From the NCBI RefSeq assembly GCF_009914755.1, contig NC_060932.1: a DNA stretch of 64,000 nt; one strand, written 5' to 3'. Source of the stretch: the human T2T-CHM13v2.0 reference genome, Homo sapiens. Below the pieces are notes generated by a model. The model made no database searches, was not told the DNA's origin, and saw only the letters and a list, made by a program, of their open reading frames with translations. The position numbers were made by a program, and so were the translations under genes. Positions 55,956-64,000 of this stretch are shown here, in pieces (the first letter of the stretch is position 1; every line of letters starts with the position of its first letter).

Positions 55956-58086
55956 GAGATGGGTAGCTTGAAAAAACATATTCAGCATTTCAATGATATA
56001 GCAATTATATTTGTCAAGTGGGACAAAAACCTCCATTTTTTCAGATAACAGAAAATAAGCTAGTGGAGATTTGCACAGACATGCAGTTCTTGAAGTAGCA
56101 AAAGAGACACACCCCATTTCAAAAGACATCATGGGTTAAAACCGAGAAACATGAAACTAGAGATAATATGGAGAAAGCTAGAGGAAATATAGTAATATGA
56201 AGAAATCTCTGGGGTACAGCCCAGGAGCCTATATTTTAAATAAATGATTCCTAGTGGTACTAAAGTTGGAAAACCATTGGCTACAAACTATTCACTGTAC
56301 TGAGGAAATGCAGTTGTAAAAGGGCACTAACCTGGATAATAAAGAGAGGTACTGCAGCTTGCTAAGGCAAGTTCAAGATATCCACTGGTTACAGATTTCT
56401 GCCCTGTAAGCTGGGTAGGGTTTTTCTTCTGTGCTTTTTTTGCATAAATCCACCCTTAAGCCCATCTTGATAGCACCAACACTCCCTACTTACTCATTTT
56501 ACTTCTATGGGAGTTGTGTAAAACTGGCTAGGATTGCTCGAAGCAGACATCCAGATGTAGTTCCCATCCTGAACCTTGACAGATAACTGGTTCAGATTCT
56601 TCTGAAGCATCTGTAAGACCTGGAAGTCCCATCTGCTGAGCAGGGGTGCTGACCTGAGTGACTTTGGCTCCAAATAGCACTGAAGTCACAGAACACTCTC
56701 CAGGGGCCACAACAAGTAGATCCCACTCTCTGATGAAACCACTCTACTTCAGCCATCTCATTTTTACACAATATGCTACAACAAGCTTGACTTTAGAATG
56801 TGTCGAATAGGAACACGTCTGGTCTGCAGCTCCCAGCAAGACCAATGCAGAAGGTGGGTGATTTCTGCATTTCCAATGGAGGTACCGAGTTCATCTCATT
56901 GAGACTAGTTAGACAATGGGTGCAGCCCACGGAGGATGAGCAAAAGCAGGATGGGGCATCACCTTACCCGGGAAGTGCAAGTGGTTGGGGAACTCTCTCC
57001 CCTAGCCAAGGGAAGCTGTGAGGGACTGTGCCGTGAGGAACGGTGCATTCCGGCCCAGATACTATGCTTTTCCCATGGTCTTCTCAACCCACAGACCAGG
57101 AGATTACCTTGGGTGTATACACCACAAGGGCCCTGGGTTTCAAGCACAAAACTGGGTGGCCATTTGGGCAAACACCAAGCTAGCTGCAGGAGTTTTTTTT
57201 TCATACCTCAGAGGCGCCTAGAACACCTCAAGCAAGGGAGCCAAGTGGTCTTGCTCAGCGGATCCCACCCCCGCCAGAGCCCAGAAAGCTAAGATCCACT
57301 GGCTTGAAATTCTTGCTGCCAGCAAAACAGTCTGAAGTCAACCTGGGATGCTGGAGCTTGGTGGGGGGAGGGGCATCCACCATTACTGAAGCTTGAGTAG
57401 GCTGTTTTCCCCTCACAGTATAAACAAAGCCACCAGAAATTTCATACTGGGCAGACCCCACCACGGTGCTGCAAAACTGCTATAGCCAGACTTCCTCTCT
57501 AGATTCCTTCTCTCTGGGCAGGGCATCTCTGAAAGAAAGGCAGCAGCACAGTCAGGGGCTTATAGATAAAACTCCCATCTCCCTGGGACAGAGCACCTGC
57601 AGGAAGGGGCGGCTGTGGGCGCAGCTTCAGCTGACTTAAACGTTCCTGTCTGCTGGCTCTGAAGAGAACAGCAGATCCCCCAGCAGAGCGATCGAGCTCT
57701 GCTAAGGGACAGACTACCTCCTCAAGTAGGTCCCTGACCCCCGTGCCTCCTGAATGGGAGACACCTCCCAGCAATGGTCGACAGACACCTCATCCAGGAG
57801 AGCTCTAGCTGGCATTTGGTGGGTGCCCCTCTGGGACGAAGCTTCCAGAGGAAGGAACAGGCAGCAATCTTTGCTGTTCTGCAGCCTCTGCTGGTGATAC
57901 CCAGGCAAACAGGGTCTGGAGTGGACATCCAGCAAACTCCAGTAGACCTGCAGCAGAGGGGCCTGTTAGAAGGGAAACTAACAAACAAAAAGGAATAGCA
58001 TCAACATCAACAAAAAGGACATCCACACAAAAACACCATCTAAAAGTTACCAACATAAAAGACCAAAGGTAGATAAACCCACAAAG

Positions 58087-59107
58087 ATGAGGAAAAACCA
58101 GTGCAAAAAGGCTAAAAATTCCAAATCCAGAATGCCTCTTCTTCTCCAAAGGATCACAACTCCTCACCAGCAGGGGAACAAAACTGGACAAGAATGAGTT
58201 TGACAAATTGACAGAAGTAGGCTTCAGAAGATGAGTAATAACAAAAATCCACCAGGCTAAAGGAGCATGTTCTAACCCATAGCAAGGAAGCTAAGAACCT
58301 TGAAAAAAGGTGAGCGGAATGGCTATCTATAATACCCGTTTAGAGAAGAATATAAATGACCTGATAGAGCTGAAAAACAGCACAAGAACTTCATGAAGCA
58401 TACACAGTATCAATAGCCAAATTGATCAAGCTGAAGAAAGGATATCAGAGATTGAAGATCAACTTAATGAAATAAAGTGTGAAGACAAGATTAAAGAAAA
58501 AGGAATGAAAGTGAATGAACAAAGCCTCCTAGAAATATAGGACTATGTGAAAAGACCAAACCTATGTTAGATTGCTGTACCTGAAAGTGACAGGGAGAAT
58601 GGAACCAAGTTGGAAAACAGACTTCAGGATATTATCCAGGAGAACTTGCCCAACCTAGCAAGATAGGCCAATATTCAAATTCAGGAAATAAAGAGAACAC
58701 CACAAAGACACTCTTCGAGACAGCAACCCCAAGACAAATAATTGTCAGATTCACCAAGGTTGAAATGAAGGAAAAAATGTTAAGGGCAGCCAGAGAGAAA
58801 GGTCGGGTTACCCACAAAGAGAAGCCCATCAGACTAACAGCGGATCTCTTTGCAGAAACCCTACAAACCAGAAGAGAGTGGGGGCCAATATTCAACATTC
58901 TTAAAGAAAAGAATTTTCAACCCAGAATTTCATATCCCGCCAAACTAAGCTTCATAAGTGAAGGAGAAATAAAATCCTTTACAGACAAGCAAATGCTGAG
59001 AGATTTTGCCACCACCAGGCCTGCCTTACAAGAGCTCCTGAAGGAAGCACTAAATATGGAGAGGAAAAACCAGTTATCAGCCACTGCAAAAAGAAGCCAA
59101 AATGTAA
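58087..59107 (+). pseudogene. Disrupted L1 ORF1p
   Basis: ATGAGGAAAAAC start; fragment MKEKMLRAAREKGRVTHK...FQPRISYPAKLSF; frameshifts and stops. Confidence 0.9.
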
Positions 59108-59170
59108 AGACCATTGACACGACAAAGAAACTGCAGCAACTAATGGGCAAAATAACCAGCTAGCCACATA

Positions 59171-62986
<3,816 letters not shown>

Positions 62987-64000
62987 ACAATGAAAACATA
63001 TGGGCACAGGGAGAGGAACATTACACATTGGGGCCTGTCGGGGGTTGGAGGGCAAGGGGAGGGACAGCATTAGGAGAAGTACCTAATGTAGATGATGGTT
63101 TAATAGGTGCCGCAAACCACCATGCCGCTTGTATACCTATGTAAAAAACCTGCACATTCTGCACATGTATCCCATAATTTAAAGTATAATAAAAAAAGAA
63201 TAATAAAAGAAAGTGTTCATGTTACCTCTCATGGAATTATTTTGTTTTCAAACTTGGTGCATTTGGTGCAGTGAGGAGAGAGAAGAGAAGAACTTTTTCT
63301 TTTATACATGCTTGCTGTGTACATAGAGATTTCCAAGATATTGAATCTATTTAGATTCAGGAAAGGTGGACCAAACACTTCAGGTAAATTCCTCAGGTTT
63401 TAAAATGATTACTCATTGCTTCACCAGATTCTCTGAAATTTTATCAGCAGTGTGTGCTTTATACAGATGCTTCCTGAAAAGGGGGAGATACTTAGTTTAA
63501 TGCCATGGCTTTTGTTTTGTGCTTACTTCAGTGAGGAATGAGTTAAAATTCATTTTTTAGCCTCATCTGTTTACATTTTTTTCTATGAGCAGATGGCCAG
63601 ATAATTACCTAAATAAGGAGTTACTTTTCTGGAGTTGGCCTGCCAAGATTTACTGTAATACCAAATACAAATGCTATTACAATGAGGAACATTTGGAAGC
63701 TTACATTTGTGTGTCAAAATAGTAAATAATTTGAAAGCTGTATCTTTTATGCATCCTTTTAGGACATGAAGTTTTCAGGAAGAGTTGATAAGGGTAATGC
63801 AAACCAAATAAAGGTAATGAAAACTAAATAATTTTTAAATAATTTTCTGCAGCTCTCCATTCCAGTTTGTTAATACAGAATATCTTCAATTAAAATGTAA
63901 ATGGAATTCATTGCATGAAGCGATCTATCTGGATGATATGTCATCATTGAATAATTTACTAACAGCCACTGAACAATGTCTAAAATAAAGTAGAATCATT

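Overview
Human (or closely related great-ape) AT-rich, CpG-poor genomic DNA lying inside the long 5' introns of OXR1 (oxidation resistance 1, chr8q23), transcribed on the + strand. The only coding sequence I can support is one 197-nt internal exon (15072-15268; LKKKSQSVDINAPGFNPLAG...SELKRFYTI). The rest is intronic: about 15 Alus, MIR/L2 relics, MaLR and MER4-group LTRs, Tigger/Charlie/Mariner fossils, several L1 3' fragments and one near full-length, decayed, sense-oriented L1PA7-like element (56804-63207). I see no new gene or prokaryote-type system. Best leads: a candidate recursive-splice site with a poison RS-exon at 53365-53528; a candidate poison exon just after the coding exon; an ORF0-homologous frame in an L1 that lacks its YY1 site; an inverted fragment apparently copied from the neighbouring THE1 LTR; a 5'-truncated AluY whose break point is complementary to its own target site; a CLEAR/E-box plus ARE motif cluster; and an unexplained ~240-bp diverged direct duplication. 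Gene identity and repeat subfamily names come from recalled sequences, not a database search, and old-repeat boundaries are approximate.
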